A stretch of 56,681 nt of DNA, filler included, from Sphacelaria rigidula (Eukaryota): NCBI GenBank assembly GCA_964200075.2. It is 4 parts of 4 records of this genome, joined end to end, with 100 filler letters (N's around TTAATTAATTAA, not from the genome) between each part and the next. Parts side by side here need not be neighbours in the genome. Positions count along the whole stretch, not along the records: positions 1 to 14,098 come from CAXNAA020002460.1; positions 14,199 to 28,295 come from CAXNAA020002461.1; 2 more parts are not named here. One strand, written 5' to 3'. A program made the position numbers and the translations under genes. Shown here piece by piece: positions 11,374 through 23,011 of this stretch. The notes below the pieces were generated by a model, which did no database searches, was not told where the DNA came from, and saw nothing but the letters and a program-made list of their open reading frames with translations. Each line of letters opens with the position of its first letter. Position 1 is the first letter of the stretch.

Positions 11374-12204
11374 CTACGCGCATGATCGCATGCCTTGCTT
11401 CCTCTCCTGTCCAACACGCTTGAACTGCCAAAGCGACCGTTGGAACCCGGGGTCAACGATGTCCAGGTGTACCGATGCATAAGCAGCAGGCTGCTTCAGA
11501 CGACGAGCTTGTACGCGCTTGAATTCCCACAGCGATCGCTGAAACCCTGGGTGAAAAATGTCAAGCTGCACCGGCGGAGGGCACCCAGGCGACTCCAAAT
11601 GACAGGCTTTGACAGTTCTTGGTTGCCTCAAGTCCACCATACCGTCATCAGCGCAGCCACTACAGAATTTTGCATCATTGGTTTCCTGCCAACCGTGCGA
11701 CGGTCGCCTGCAGCAACCCTTGCGCGCACACCTCCTCTTCGCAACGTTCGACATCTCATCACTGGCATGCTGTGAGCAGAATCGTGCCGTTGTCCCTCCC
11801 GCCGTAGCGAAAGACGGCTGTTTGCTACAGCCCTCTTGGACACACTTTTTGCTCGCCACGTGCACCATTCCGTCCTCAGCATGCCTCACGCAGTATCTCA
11901 CCTTTTTTGTTCCCCTATTACCGTACGATGGCCTCTTGCCGCATCCACTGTACGAGCACCTCTTTCGTTTGTTTGCAACATCTACCATCCCTTCTTTGGC
12001 GTGCCCTACGCAAAACAGCGGCTTAGTAGTTCCTTCCGGTCCGTAAGACGGGTACTTCGTACAGTCCTCCCGGTAGCACTTCTTACTCACGACGTCCCGC
12101 ATACCACGCTCGGCGTGTGCTACACAGAATTCCGCCATTCGAGTGCCTGGTAGGCCATACGATGCTCGTGTGGAGCAATCGACGTGGCGGCAAACTCGAG
12201 GCAT
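11374..12204 (-). CDS. EsV-1-7 domain (cysteine-rich repeat) protein
   Basis: Five ~38-aa repeats C-x4-C-x3-[PA]S[YFH]..FC-x2-[HC]A-x2-GM-x-DV, e.g. CYREDCTKYPSYGPEGTTKPLFCVGHAKEGMVDV. First ATG at 12204; the open frame extends to 12297. Confidence 0.88.
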   Translation of the reverse strand: MPRVCRHVDCSTRASYGLPGTRMAEFCVAHAERGMRDVVSKKCYREDCTKYPSYGPEGTTKPLFCVGHAKEGMVDVANKRKRCSYSGCGKRPSYGNRGTKKVRYCVRHAEDGMVHVASKKCVQEGCSKQPSFATAGGTTARFCSQHASDEMSNVAKRRCARKGCCRRPSHGWQETNDAKFCSGCADDGMVDLRQPRTVKACHLESPGCPPPVQLDIFHPGFQRSLWEFKRVQARRLKQPAAYASVHLDIVDPGFQRSLWQFKRVGQERKQGMRSCA

Positions 12205-12583
12205 GTCTCTCCCGAAAAAAGCAAACAAGTCGTCTTCGGTAAGTGGTGTACCACACAAAACCCGATCTCGTGGGAAGCCGATGGCGGCACAGAGCAAGCG
12301 ATAGGCTTAGGCGTGTGTAAGACCCGTGGGAAGCTCTACGCTCTCGGAGTGTACTTTCCAGCTGGAGATGTGGCGCCCTGATATTGCTGTACGATCTCTA
12401 TCCCACAACGCCTTTCCGATCCAAATACTGTGATCCGCTCACGTCGCCTCCTCGTAACGTCTCAACCTGCAGGGCACTGTGCAGGCATATGTTAGACAGA
12501 ATCACGGCCATGAGTGCAGTAGTGCATGTCTTTGACAGGACCTTGCCATACGCCAAGAGGGTATGTTCGACAGCTATACGGTG

Positions 12584-12767
12584 TGTAATGCGTCAGAGGA
12601 CCGCATCGAATTTGAACACACGTATCGTTAGGGTTAGGGTTAAGGTTAGTCTTGGGATCAGGGTCAGGGGCGTGATCCCTGCAGGGACTGGCTCGATTGG
12701 TCTTGAAAAACGTCGATCCTGAGGTACGATGCCTTCACCTAAGCACGCCGTCCTCCCACGCATTCCA
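12584..12767. mobile_element. Ginger-like telomere-repeat MITE (internally deleted, reverse orientation)
   Basis: TGTAATGCGT ... GTCCTCCCACGCATTCCA; internal TTAGGGTTAGGGTTAAGGTTAG. Confidence 0.7.
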
Positions 12768-13005
12768 CGATGACGGGTTAATTTTGATCATCTGCACTAC
12801 ATAATTCCCTTCCGAGCAATATTCAGAACGTGAGCTGAAGTTGGAGCCACAGTATCTGTGCTGTATTGGGCTAGCAGTGGGTTGTGATCATAGTCTTATA
12901 TTGATGGACTTGACTCAAATGTACCGTACGACTTTAGGATGCATTTTCTTGTCCCAGTATATGGACACCTCGTTTCGTTTTGGCCGACGAATCACTGCAA
13001 AGCGG

Positions 13006-13190
13006 TGTAGTGCGTGTGCGGACCGCGTGTTCTGTGGGCCGCATCGGAGTTTAAACATCCCCATGGTTAGGGTTAGGGTCAGTGTCGGGGTTGGGGTCAG
13101 GGGCATGGTCCCTGCAAGGACTGGCCCGATCCTGAGGTGTTTTGGACTACGATGCGGTTCTGTGAACACGCTGTCCTCTTACGCATTACA
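13006..13190. mobile_element. Ginger-like telomere-repeat MITE (reverse orientation)
   Basis: TGTAGTGCGTG ... ACGCATTACA; internal GGTTAGGGTTAGGGTC; flanks GCGG/GGGG. Confidence 0.75.
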
Positions 13191-14009
13191 GGGGTAAGGG
13201 ATGAAATTGCGTGTTAGCGTAGGCGACTGACGTGCGTACATGCCCATGGATGGTGCAGATAAAATAGAACTGCCCCTCGTTCAAGTCTTTTTCACACAGA
13301 TAGCACTGGATGCAGCAAATATTGTGCTGACTGCACTCCATTTTTCCCGCTTCTTCTCCACCTGCATCCTATCGTACGAAACATCGACACACGTAGACAC
13401 TATGCCGACAGTGCACTGTTGTCTTTACTGATTGCAAGTGTACACACATGCCACCCCGTGAGTTTTGCGCCCGACTTTCTTCGATCAAATTTGCAAATTC
13501 ACTCGGACCCAACTCGGGCACAAGCGAGCGAATTCGCGTGAATCCGTGAAGGCCACCACACGTTTTTTCCGACCGGAGGGGTATGTGCGAAGACACGCAA
13601 TTACCCTCCCAAAATAATGGCACAGGGAGCGGCTAAGGCTTATGAAATTGGAGCACACAGCGACGAAACAAGGTAAAAGCAACAGCTGACGCACCGCAGC
13701 CGATCCGGGAGTTCAAACGCTGCCCAAGAGGGTTACACTCCACTCCAGCGAGCGCGTTCGATAGGTACGAGCTGGGCCAGTCTTGAAGCGGATTCAAGCT
13801 CTCAAAACTTTTGACTCATCGACACAGACTAGTTGGGCCATGATCCGCATGTATGGTAGTAATCGTCTAATCAAAGGAAAGATGGCCATCTGCTCAGAAG
13901 TTCTCGGCCAATTTTTTCTCGTCGATGAAACCACATGTCTAGTAATTCCTATACCAAACGAAGGTAGCGTCCATACTAAAATCTATGTGGAATCCCGTGT
14001 AATGCGTTA

Positions 14010-14098
14010 GACACTTTTTACGATAGCCCCCCCCCCCAAAAGTGCATGGTTTTCGGAGGCAAAATCTTCACGTAAATCGAAATGTGAAAAGCCGAGCA
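14010..14098 (-). mobile_element. Partial copy of the 8249-8498 MITE, cut by the contig end
   Basis: Reverse-complement match to ~8411-8498. Confidence 0.8.
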
Positions 14099-14198
14099 NN
14101 NNNNNNNNNNNNNNNNNNNNNNNNNNNNNNNNNNNNNNNNNNTTAATTAATTAANNNNNNNNNNNNNNNNNNNNNNNNNNNNNNNNNNNNNNNNNNNN
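14099..14198. other. Artificial contig spacer (N44-TTAATTAATTAA-N44)
   Basis: 100-nt spacer with stop codons in all six frames. Confidence 0.97.
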
Positions 14199-14489
14199 CA
14201 CGTCTAGGAAGAAACAGTATGTTGTCCGCCCGGTGTCTTTCTTCCCCACAATAATCTTACTTAGTGTGTACACATGGTCCACGCAAGTGGGGGTTCTACG
14301 AAAAAAGATAACTCATAGGTGTATCCGTCCTGATACACTCGCGGCGATCTCGTATTTGGGTATAAATGGTGTCAATCAGTATAAATGAGCGTTATTCATC
14401 TGTAACAGGAACTGTTGCTGATTTCGACGACGATTTGAAGTGAAATTTCGTGTACGAAAAGGTCCGAAATCCCCCCCCCCTCCCTCCCC

Positions 14490-14612
14490 GCGAGGTCAAT
14501 GGTCTGATGACTATGGCAAGCATGATCATGAGTACACCCCTCCCTCCCCGACCGACCGTTGGTCAATGGTCAAACGACTAAGGCAAGCAACAAATGAGTA
14601 CCCCCCTCCCCC
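14490..14612 (+). mobile_element. Two tandem, very short LINE/SINE 3'-end insertions in a C-rich tract
   Basis: ...CATGATCATGAGTACA flanked by duplicated CCCCTCCCTCCCC (14477-14489 and 14537-14549), then ...GACTAAGGCAAGCAACAAATGAGTAC followed by a C tract. Both ends recur elsewhere in the window. Confidence 0.7.
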
Positions 14613-14719
14613 TTCCTATCGTAGTACGACTCGGAACAAAAAAATAACGAAGACCCCATCTACTCCGACATGGTTTATGGTTTAGACTTTCACTGTGAGA
14701 GCGTGATCGTACACCAGAC

Positions 14720-14930
14720 TGTAATGCGTGGGATGACCGCGTGCTTAGAGGACCGCATCGTAGTCCGAAACACCTCCGGATCGATTTGTTTCGAAACCAA
14801 TCGGGCGAGTCCCTGCAAAGACCACGCCCCTGACGCCAACCCCAACACTAGCCCTAACCCTTACCCTGACCATAGGGGTGTTTGAATTCGGATGCCGTCC
14901 TCTAAGCACGCGGTCCTCTCACGCATTACA
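14720..14930. mobile_element. Ginger-like MITE: TGT...ACA termini, ~40-bp TIR, 4-bp TSD AGAC, internal telomere-like repeats
   Basis: AGAC at 14716-14719 and 14931-14934; TGTAATGCGTGGGATGACCGCGTGCTTAGAGGAC / GTCCTCTAAGCACGCGGTCCTCTCACGCATTACA. Confidence 0.85.
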
Positions 14931-16856
14931 AGACTTCAAAGTTGTTCCGAATGCGCATACACGAAAGCAAAAAACCTCCAACCGTCAAATCCAAACGACG
15001 AGGTTCCGGTTGCAAACGAGGCTGTTTTTTTTCGACTGCCATACATCATTACGGTAAACGTGTATGTCATGAAAAAACAAAAATAGCAACGTGTGAGCAT
15101 TCGAGAAATTTACGGGGGAAAAAATTCTTTGTGCAATGAGTGATGAACGATGCACGGACTAATCGACGAGCATCTGCGAGTACACAGTCCTAGGTTCTCT
15201 GGATTTGGGGGAATCACTCGATCGAAACAGCCATGAACAGCCGATTTTGTTGTTGGGTATCGAGCTTTTTTTGGAGGATGATAACCCGGAAAAGAAACTT
15301 CGTATCGACACCAGTTCTTCAAAATATGGTTGCATTACTTCGTCTACCGGTAACCACACACACACCATACGAATTCGGATTTCGATTAACGAAAACTTAG
15401 AGTCCTTGGTTATGAAACAGTTCTGAGAAATACAGGTCATCCAATCGAATCGCCTAAATTCCCCATAATGTTTTGTTCACCTAGGACCCCAATACCCCGG
15501 TTATCGGTATCCACATTTGTACGGTTTGTCGTCGTCGTCAAGAAATACTAGTAGGTGACGGAATTCAGCCCTATTTCAAAGAATTGGCATGTATACTAAT
15601 ATTTAAATTTTTCGGGTTGTAATTCTCAATCGAAATCTCCATCCTTATTTTAGAAAGTCAGCTGTTTTCCGTCGTTACAGTATAATGACTCAGTACTGCT
15701 GTCAAACTTGCGAGGTGTGCACTGTGCCATAGCCGAACAAAACATATTTGAAACCGATGTAGATGAAAAATCCGACCAAGACAGGATTCCACCCCATAGC
15801 GCTTACACTGATATGACAGCATTTTCGCCTGAACGACCTGTTTTCCTCCAATATTCACCTCCTTTACGACATCCAGGGGGAAGAAAAATACTTTGCGGGA
15901 ACATCTCGATTGAGGCATTCACCTAAGAAAGTTGATTGTTGTACGCTGCAGTGGAACGGTCAACATATGAATGCAACCGATTCCTTATTCGTATATGTGC
16001 ATCAATTCTCAGGTCACCGGATGCACGGGCCATAGAATGAACCTGCCCAGGACCGCGATGATACTCAATCCAGACGTGTTCTCTATGTCAAGTTTGCGGG
16101 ACATCACCGCTCGCATAGTATCGGCCTTTCTATACGCGGCTCCACACTCCCCTCCATGTGCGAGACGACCGGCAGGGAAAGTGGTGAGTGATTGGATGAA
16201 TCCCTATGGCTGCACTGAAGCTGTGACGGTTCCTTGAGTGTGCTTTGAGGCTTACGGGCACTATTCGTTCCCCATCTTGCCCTCCTCATGCAGGCCCGTA
16301 CAGTGATGAATGAGATAGTACTGTTAAAATTTGAAACGCAGTGATAGCCCTTGTGTGTTGGAATGTCGGTTTGACAGCCAAACCACAGTTCAATTTGTGA
16401 CAGTCCAGGAAAACCATGTGTGATGTAGTCATTTCATTGCATGCGTTTGATATTTTTCAAGCATCGTGTTACACGGTATATTCAGGAGTAAAATACACCG
16501 CCATGATTTGTCACAGTATAATCCTCTAGCGAAGTAACTAGATCACTTCGCTTGGTGTATATCCGATGTAAGAGGTCGAAAGGTAGACGTGTCCTTGGCA
16601 AGTTGAATCAGATCATACAAGTTGGGTCAAGATGCGTGTCCCTTGCGATTCATATTCGAATGATCGTGTTGATCAGATAATCTTGCAGCAATAAGAGCTC
16701 CTTGCTGTGTGCTCAAACAGCTTACAGCTTGCTTGCAGTAACTGGGAAAAAGATGATGATGTGTTCTAAGTAATTGTTATTACTATCCACACCTAGGAAA
16801 TTTGGTGAAAGTAAGTGAGGGAGACGAGTGAGAGAGTAAGGCGTAGAGCACTACGC

Positions 16857-17055
16857 TGTCACGACAGCTTACGATCCAAAATCTACAGTATCGCAAGATC
16901 CGCGATACACTTCCCCAAATTTAGGGACTCAAAAGAATTTTTCCTTTTTCCAATCACAGCGAACGTTCTCAGTAACCTTGGCAGTACAGTTGAATATCCC
17001 GCGATTTCCCCGCTCATGCTTCTGGCTTCTGTTCGTAGATCAACTATATTGAACA
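16857..17055 (-). repeat. Probable 3' LTR of the Copia element
   Basis: On the minus strand a purine tract AGGGAGGG directly precedes TGTTCAAT...; the segment has TG...CA ends. The left boundary (TGTCACG at 16857) is inferred. Confidence 0.55.
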
Positions 17056-20000
17056 CCCTCCCTAGCTTTATCGACTAACAAGCCCAAACATGTCCTTATT
17101 CCGGTCTAATAAACTACAACAGATCGGACTCGCTATTACCATCGCTCAGTTCAAATGATGGAGTTCGCAACAACAAGAAAATGAGAACGGTGAATTCAAC
17201 ATCCTGCCTGAGAGAAAACCACGGTGCCTTTCGAACCTCTCCCTATCAATGGCTTTGGTTACGATGTCCGCATGCTGTTCTTCTGATTGAAGATACTTCA
17301 CGGATATGTCACCGCTAGCAACCGACTCTCTGAGAAAATTGTACCGTATATCAATGTGCCTGCTGTTTGACGAGCTTAGGGGGTTTTCAAATACGTCTGT
17401 CGCCCCCTTGTTGTCCTCAAAAACGCCGATGCTTTTCGACCCCAAACTGGGCATTAGGAACTTCAGAATCCCCTCACATACAGGGCCTCCTTGACACCGG
17501 CTGCCACTGCTTCAAACTCTGCCTCAATTGTAGACAGGGTGACGCACTTCCGCATCCTAGGAAACCAAGACACTAGCGCACCTTCACAGCAAAAAGCTAC
17601 ACTGGAAACGGAACGTCGGTCTTCTGCCTTTTGGGCGTAGTCTGCGTCAACGTACGTTTTCAAATCAAATTCCAACTGAATACACCCCAACTCACTACTC
17701 TTCTTGAAAAGTAAACCTAAGTCCGACGAAGCATTCAAATTCTCGGTATCTTCTGTGCCGCCTTGAAGTGAGTCAGGTTGGGTTCATGAGATAACCAATT
17801 GACTGCCGGAACTGCGTTCGCGATATCGGGCCTCGTCTGGTTCGCTATCCACATCACGCTCCCCACGATCTCACGGACCAGTGCATCCACCACGGTCTTG
17901 TCTTCGCTCGCATGCCTGAGGCCTGAAGATGGGGTAGCGGGAATGAGGCTTGTCTTAGAGACGTCAGAACGATGTAGCGCACCCTCAATGAACTGGGTTT
18001 GCGAAATCTCATAGACTCCTTTCTCCCGGTCCGCTTCGTACTCACTCCCCATGTACCACTCTACCTCCCTGAGATGTTTAGTGGGAAATCTCTGATTGAG
18101 TGCACCGACTATTACCTCAGTCACTTCCTCAGTAGCTACGATCATGATATTGTCAACATGAAAGACCATCATCTCCATAATGTCTTCAGCAACCCCCAAT
18201 CGAAACACACAGGGATCTACCAAGCATTGCTCGAAACCACACTTCACCCGGGTTGACGACAATGGCTGATACCATAAACGACCACTGTGCTTCAAGCCGT
18301 ACAAAGTCTTCTTCAGGCGGACTACCTTACCAGATACGGATCAACAACCGGGGGGCAGGCGCAAGTAGATATCGGTGTCCAACTCCGACTGAATCAAACC
18401 CTGGTCTACATCCAAGTGCCTCAAATCCCAGTCTTGCTTACATGCTATAGCCGCCACTAGTCTGTTTGACGTAGCAGATGCCGTGGGGACAAGTGTGTCC
18501 AAGTAGTCAACTCCCTTTACCTGACTTTACTCCATGGCTACTATACGGGCTTTCGCCCGGTCAACAACTCCATACGAATCACGTTCCACTTATACACCCA
18601 TTACGCGCCCACAGTGTTGCGCCCCTCTGGAATGTCAGTCACATCCGCCAAAGTTTCGGCAGCAATAAACCCATCGAACTCTATCCTCATCGCCTCCATC
18701 CACACATCCGAGTAATGTAATAAACATGCCGCAGGAAATTACAGCGGCGCCGGCCCCGCTTCCTTGATGAGACATTCAGGGAGCTCGCCCGGCTTGCGGG
18801 TAACCTCCTGTACCGCCAGGAGGCCATGGATATCTTGCCCCCTTCGTCGGGCCCTGATATGGTCACGAGCCCAGATGCTTCTTGATTGAGCGCTCGTGTC
18901 TGCGCTCTCGTTCGTCCAAGCTTCTCGCCATCTCCAGATCCAACCAGTTCGACTCGTCTTGCTGCGCTGCAGTCCGTGCTGTCTTTGGAACCAAAACACT
19001 TTCGTCCGGTAAAGACGAGTCTCTCTCCTCCCCCGAGAGGTCGCCGTCTACAGACGGCTCACTACTTACCGATGGCAAATAAACACCGGAGGAATCAGGT
19101 GTGTTTTCGGGGGGCGGCTGATTTTCATCGCCAAGAGAACTCCGCTCACCTTTACCACCATGGTCTGCGCTCTTCGCCGGAGATATCACTCGACGCTGAT
19201 GAAGAATTCCTCTCCCCAGTAGCGGTAATGGAATCGGTTGGGCAGAATCGAACTCATATAGCCCTCCCGGCTCTGGAATCTCTCCCAGCTCCGATGTCCC
19301 TTCCGGCCGTGACACCCCTCCCCGCTCCGACGCTCCTGCCAGCTTCGGCGAAGCTGACTGCTGCAGCTACACCGGCGGCACCACCATGACCGGCGGCGCC
19401 TCCCAGGTGACGTCCCTTTTCTCCACTACTTCATTGGCCCACGTCAGCATCCGCGATGAATCGCGGGGGTGGTCGACGCCGCGGCCGAGGTAGAAGCTAC
19501 TCTCGCACTTGGGGAACGACTTTGACGGTCGGTTCCAGCGGCAATGTCCCGAACGAAAAAATGGGTGTGGTGATGCAGGTGCTGCCTTGCCGTACCGCAT
19601 CTCGTATGGCGACTTCTTACCTGGGTTGGATGTCGTCACGGTGTGATGCAGGGTGTCACATGCCCAATATATCGCCTCAGCCCGGAGGGTCTCCGATGGT
19701 GGCAGCTTGACATGTGGAAAGAGGATGGGGGCTTGGATGCGAGCAGCAAGTGCGTCGTTTCGAATGATACCTGGAGCTCTCTCGGCAACGCCGTTCAGTT
19801 CCGGACGTTCCGGGTGCTTCGCGCTGATGAGTTCCTGCTTGATGCAGTAGTGCCTACACACTCCTTCGAAATCATCATCGAGAAACTCCCCTCCGTCGTC
19901 GACCTAACTATTATCACTTGTGAAGATACACTATCGGCACGTACATCAACCAAACATTTCCTGAAAGCATCAGCGGTATCAGACTTACGCCAGAGAAAAT

Positions 20001-21075
20001 ATACCCATGCGTACCGGGTAAAATCGGCCTTCACTATCATCACATACTTCTTCCCAAGCAACGAAGGAGTTTCCTTAGGACCGCTAAGATCAACAAAAAC
20101 TCTTCCTAGCTTCTGTTTTAGCCCGATATTTCGTGCTGTTTGCGATTGGTTTTCTGTACTCCCTTGCCACAAAACATCCTGTTCACAGTTTCAAGTTACT
20201 CTGTAACTCTATACCTAGCGATTTTGCTGTCTCTCTCAATGAAAATATATTTGCATGTTCCGGTACGCAGTGGAAAGTGTTGAGGTTTACTGCAGCCTCG
20301 CGTAAGTCAGCACAACCGGGGGCTATAACAGGGAACGCCAGGGAACAGGGGTGGGCGGATTGCACTGAATTTTCAACAGACTCGCGAATCAACAGGGGGA
20401 AGGGGATGTAGTCATTATCGGAGTCAATCCTTCTACCATACGTTGAGTATCCAGACCCATCACTCCAAAACCTAAGACGCCCATCCAGCAGAGTCACACA
20501 ATTGTCGAAGTCATCAGTGACTTCTTCGGGGCTGGAATGACGTGTGCGGTACAGTCATACCATCGGTGTCCTGACTCTCAGCAACGATGACACTTGTTTA
20601 GCATGCCGTCGTATTTCTTGTGTACGTTTTTGGTGCTGCTATTTTGATCGTTCGTATCTGCTCCAGCACCACCGGGAACACCCTCTCCCTACCTTTGGCA
20701 CCACCCTTGGCGCTATCTTGATTGCGATTTCGGCGGGTGGACTTGCTCGTAACGGGAGCTTGTCCAACATCACGGTTCTTCGTGCCATTCCTTGACATAA
20801 GCGTGTACCTCTATTTTACGATAGCCTCTATCTATGCTCGGGTTATGTCGTCTCTGTGCAAGATTGTTCGCTGTACGTACTCGTAGTCACTTGTGAGTAC
20901 CTCAATTATCTTAAGGTAAACATCTTCTATAGGCATATGTACCCCAAGTGATACTAGTACACCCACAATCTTATCCACGCGCGCTAAAAACTTCATCGGG
21001 TCCTCTTTCCTTTCCATACGGAACTCGTTGAAAAGGCGTTTCTACTTTGATTTTTCCGAGAGAGAGAATCTTCGG
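16857..21075 (-). mobile_element. Degenerate, 5'-truncated Ty1/Copia LTR retrotransposon (gag-INT-RT-RNase H)
   Basis: gag-like RMERKEDPMKFLARVDKIV (20832-21017); integrase VFVDLSGP and ELNGVAER (19367-20172); RT YGLKHSGRLWY, DPCVF, HVDNIMI, TRPDIANAV (17735-18304); RNase H YVDADYA...DRRSVS, TLSTIEAEF, DNKGA, RHIDIRYNFLRE (17146-17738). Multiple frameshifts and stops. Confidence 0.95.
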
Positions 21076-21163
21076 CAGAAACCAGTTACATTAACATTGC
21101 TATCCTGCACTCGGGGAGTGTGTGTCAAATACCCTACACAATATTTCACTGTCTGTGATACTG

Positions 21164-21354
21164 TGTCACGTCCGGGCAATACGTGCTCGTCTTATGCTCA
21201 TCTCACACAAAACCTTGGTCAACAAAAAACTGTGAACTAACTGAGGGGTCACCTACGGGCATACCAATAGTCGTACTGAAGGCCCGCAAACAGTCGTTGT
21301 ACAACGCGAAACCTTCAAATCGTCTTCTCTATAAAGGTAAGTCGACACTCAACA
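21164..21354. repeat. Possible solo LTR of another family
   Basis: TGTCACG...CAACA ends and ~190 bp length, like the Copia LTR, but a different internal sequence and no TSD or PBS seen. Confidence 0.25.
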
Positions 21355-21699
21355 GTGGGTCCTCGAAAATGGGGGTCGACCTAAAAAATGATGGTCAAGT
21401 GGCATATCCTTTTTGCAGGGATTGCGCGAAACAGTAACACAGAACGATACCACCTTTCCCCCAAAACCTCTGCAGCAGTGAATCAGTTGTGTCTAAATTC
21501 ACCGACCGAATGCGGTGTACACGCATGTCGATGATGAAATCACCAGAGAGAGAAGCAACGACAGAGAGGAAGATCCTCGCCCGTGTCCTTTGTATGTCCT
21601 CGCTCGGCGATTTCCAATCGCTGGACAGTCTGGCATCGTGCATGTTACCAGCACGTACCGAATTTCTCATGATCCGGTTGGTATGTTATTATATTGCTG

Positions 21700-22052
21700 C
21701 GCACAGCCACCCAAAGAACATCGAGCTGCGGAGAGATGTCGTCTCTCTTGTCTCTGGAGCTCACGAATGCGAAGATCGATTTCTCTCTGCCTCTCTTTTT
21801 GGACAGGACGAGCTTTTGTGCGCTGAAAAACATGTCATTGAAAATCAGGGCACTTTTCACGTCACCGCTATTACTGCTCTCTGTTACACACATGCCAGCA
21901 AGGGCGGTGCGCTGCGGCCAAAATAACAGATACAATTCGAACTTGGGAGGTGTTATCCAACGTTGATTTTACCCGACATGACATATGTGACCATCCAGGT
22001 TTTGCCTCCCTAAACCAGGCACTTTTGGGGAGGGCTATCGTAGAAACGTGTC
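21700..22052. mobile_element. Right part of a GAC-terminus DNA element (repeat family B)
   Basis: Ends GGGGAGGGCTATCGTAGAAACGTGTC, like 8498. The interior is reverse-complementary to 28018-28295. Confidence 0.65.
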
Positions 22053-22786
22053 CCCAGGTAACTCCCTCCTCGTCCTTCTCTTCGATTGTGTGACGTTTTC
22101 GGGTGTACGTTCCTTGAAAGACAATTCCCCGTCCCTTCGGCTTGGGTACCTCTGCTTGATTAAAAAGGATTTATTGGAAAATGGGGTTCACCGTCGCGAT
22201 GAGGTTGATCCTGCTTTTCTAACATTGCCATTTTCGCGTGAGAAGTTCGAAGAACGAAAGTAATATCGGCTAGTATATCGGCTAGTGCAGTTGTGTCAAA
22301 AGCTACGCAATTGACTGGGTGTATGGACCAGCAGTAGATGGAACTAAAAAAAGAAAAGAGAAGCCTCGAAACGGCTGCGAGTAGCGGAGAGAAGACAATT
22401 CCGTCGACTTCACAAGGTCGTGAAGATGTAAGATGCTACAGCTTTTCCAGACATCTACGGAAATAATGTGCAGGGAACGGTATTTCAGCGGGAAAAGTGC
22501 GCCTTTCGTGTTTCTGGATCGAACTTTCTTAGCGGGAAACGTTGTATGGAAGCGAATATGGGGAGTTTGATTGATGTAAATTTTCTGTGTCTCACGAGTT
22601 TTCCTTGTGGTCGGAGTGACTGCAGCATCATCTTCACTCAAGCCCTTGGAGAGCAGACGGAAGGGCCTTTTCTCAGCTTGTCGCAGCCATGCGAGGCTTC
22701 CAAGAACTATATTTCGAAGTATATTTTAAATACTGTCCATCGTCGTTCCTCATACGTAGTCGCGCCTGCTTCGCTTTACAACTAGC

Positions 22787-23011
22787 CGAAGTGCTTTGTG
22801 GTTCAAACCATTTCACACCTTGGACAATATATGGTCCATAGTTGCAATAGACAAGAAAAATACTGCATAACGTATAGGCCTATTGCGACTATTGTCGGCC
22901 GGCAATAGTTGCAATAGGTCTTTACGTTATGCAGTACACTTCTCGTCTACTGCATCTATTGAACATATTTCGTTCAGGGTGTGAACTATTTACACGGAAA
23001 TACATTTTCGG
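22787..23011. repeat. Long imperfect palindrome (foldback) with essentially no loop
   Basis: Centre TGTCGG|CCGGCA near 22898; arms TACTGCATAACGTATAGGCCTATTGCGACTATTG / CAATAGTTGCAATAGGTCTTTACGTTATGCAGTA. Confidence 0.85.

Noticed and set aside
14143..14154. TTAATTAATTAA recurring every ~14.2 kb
   Set aside because: Assembly linker embedded in N runs, not biological.
18886..20206. Long plus-strand ORFs
   Set aside because: Antisense shadows of the Copia pol region.
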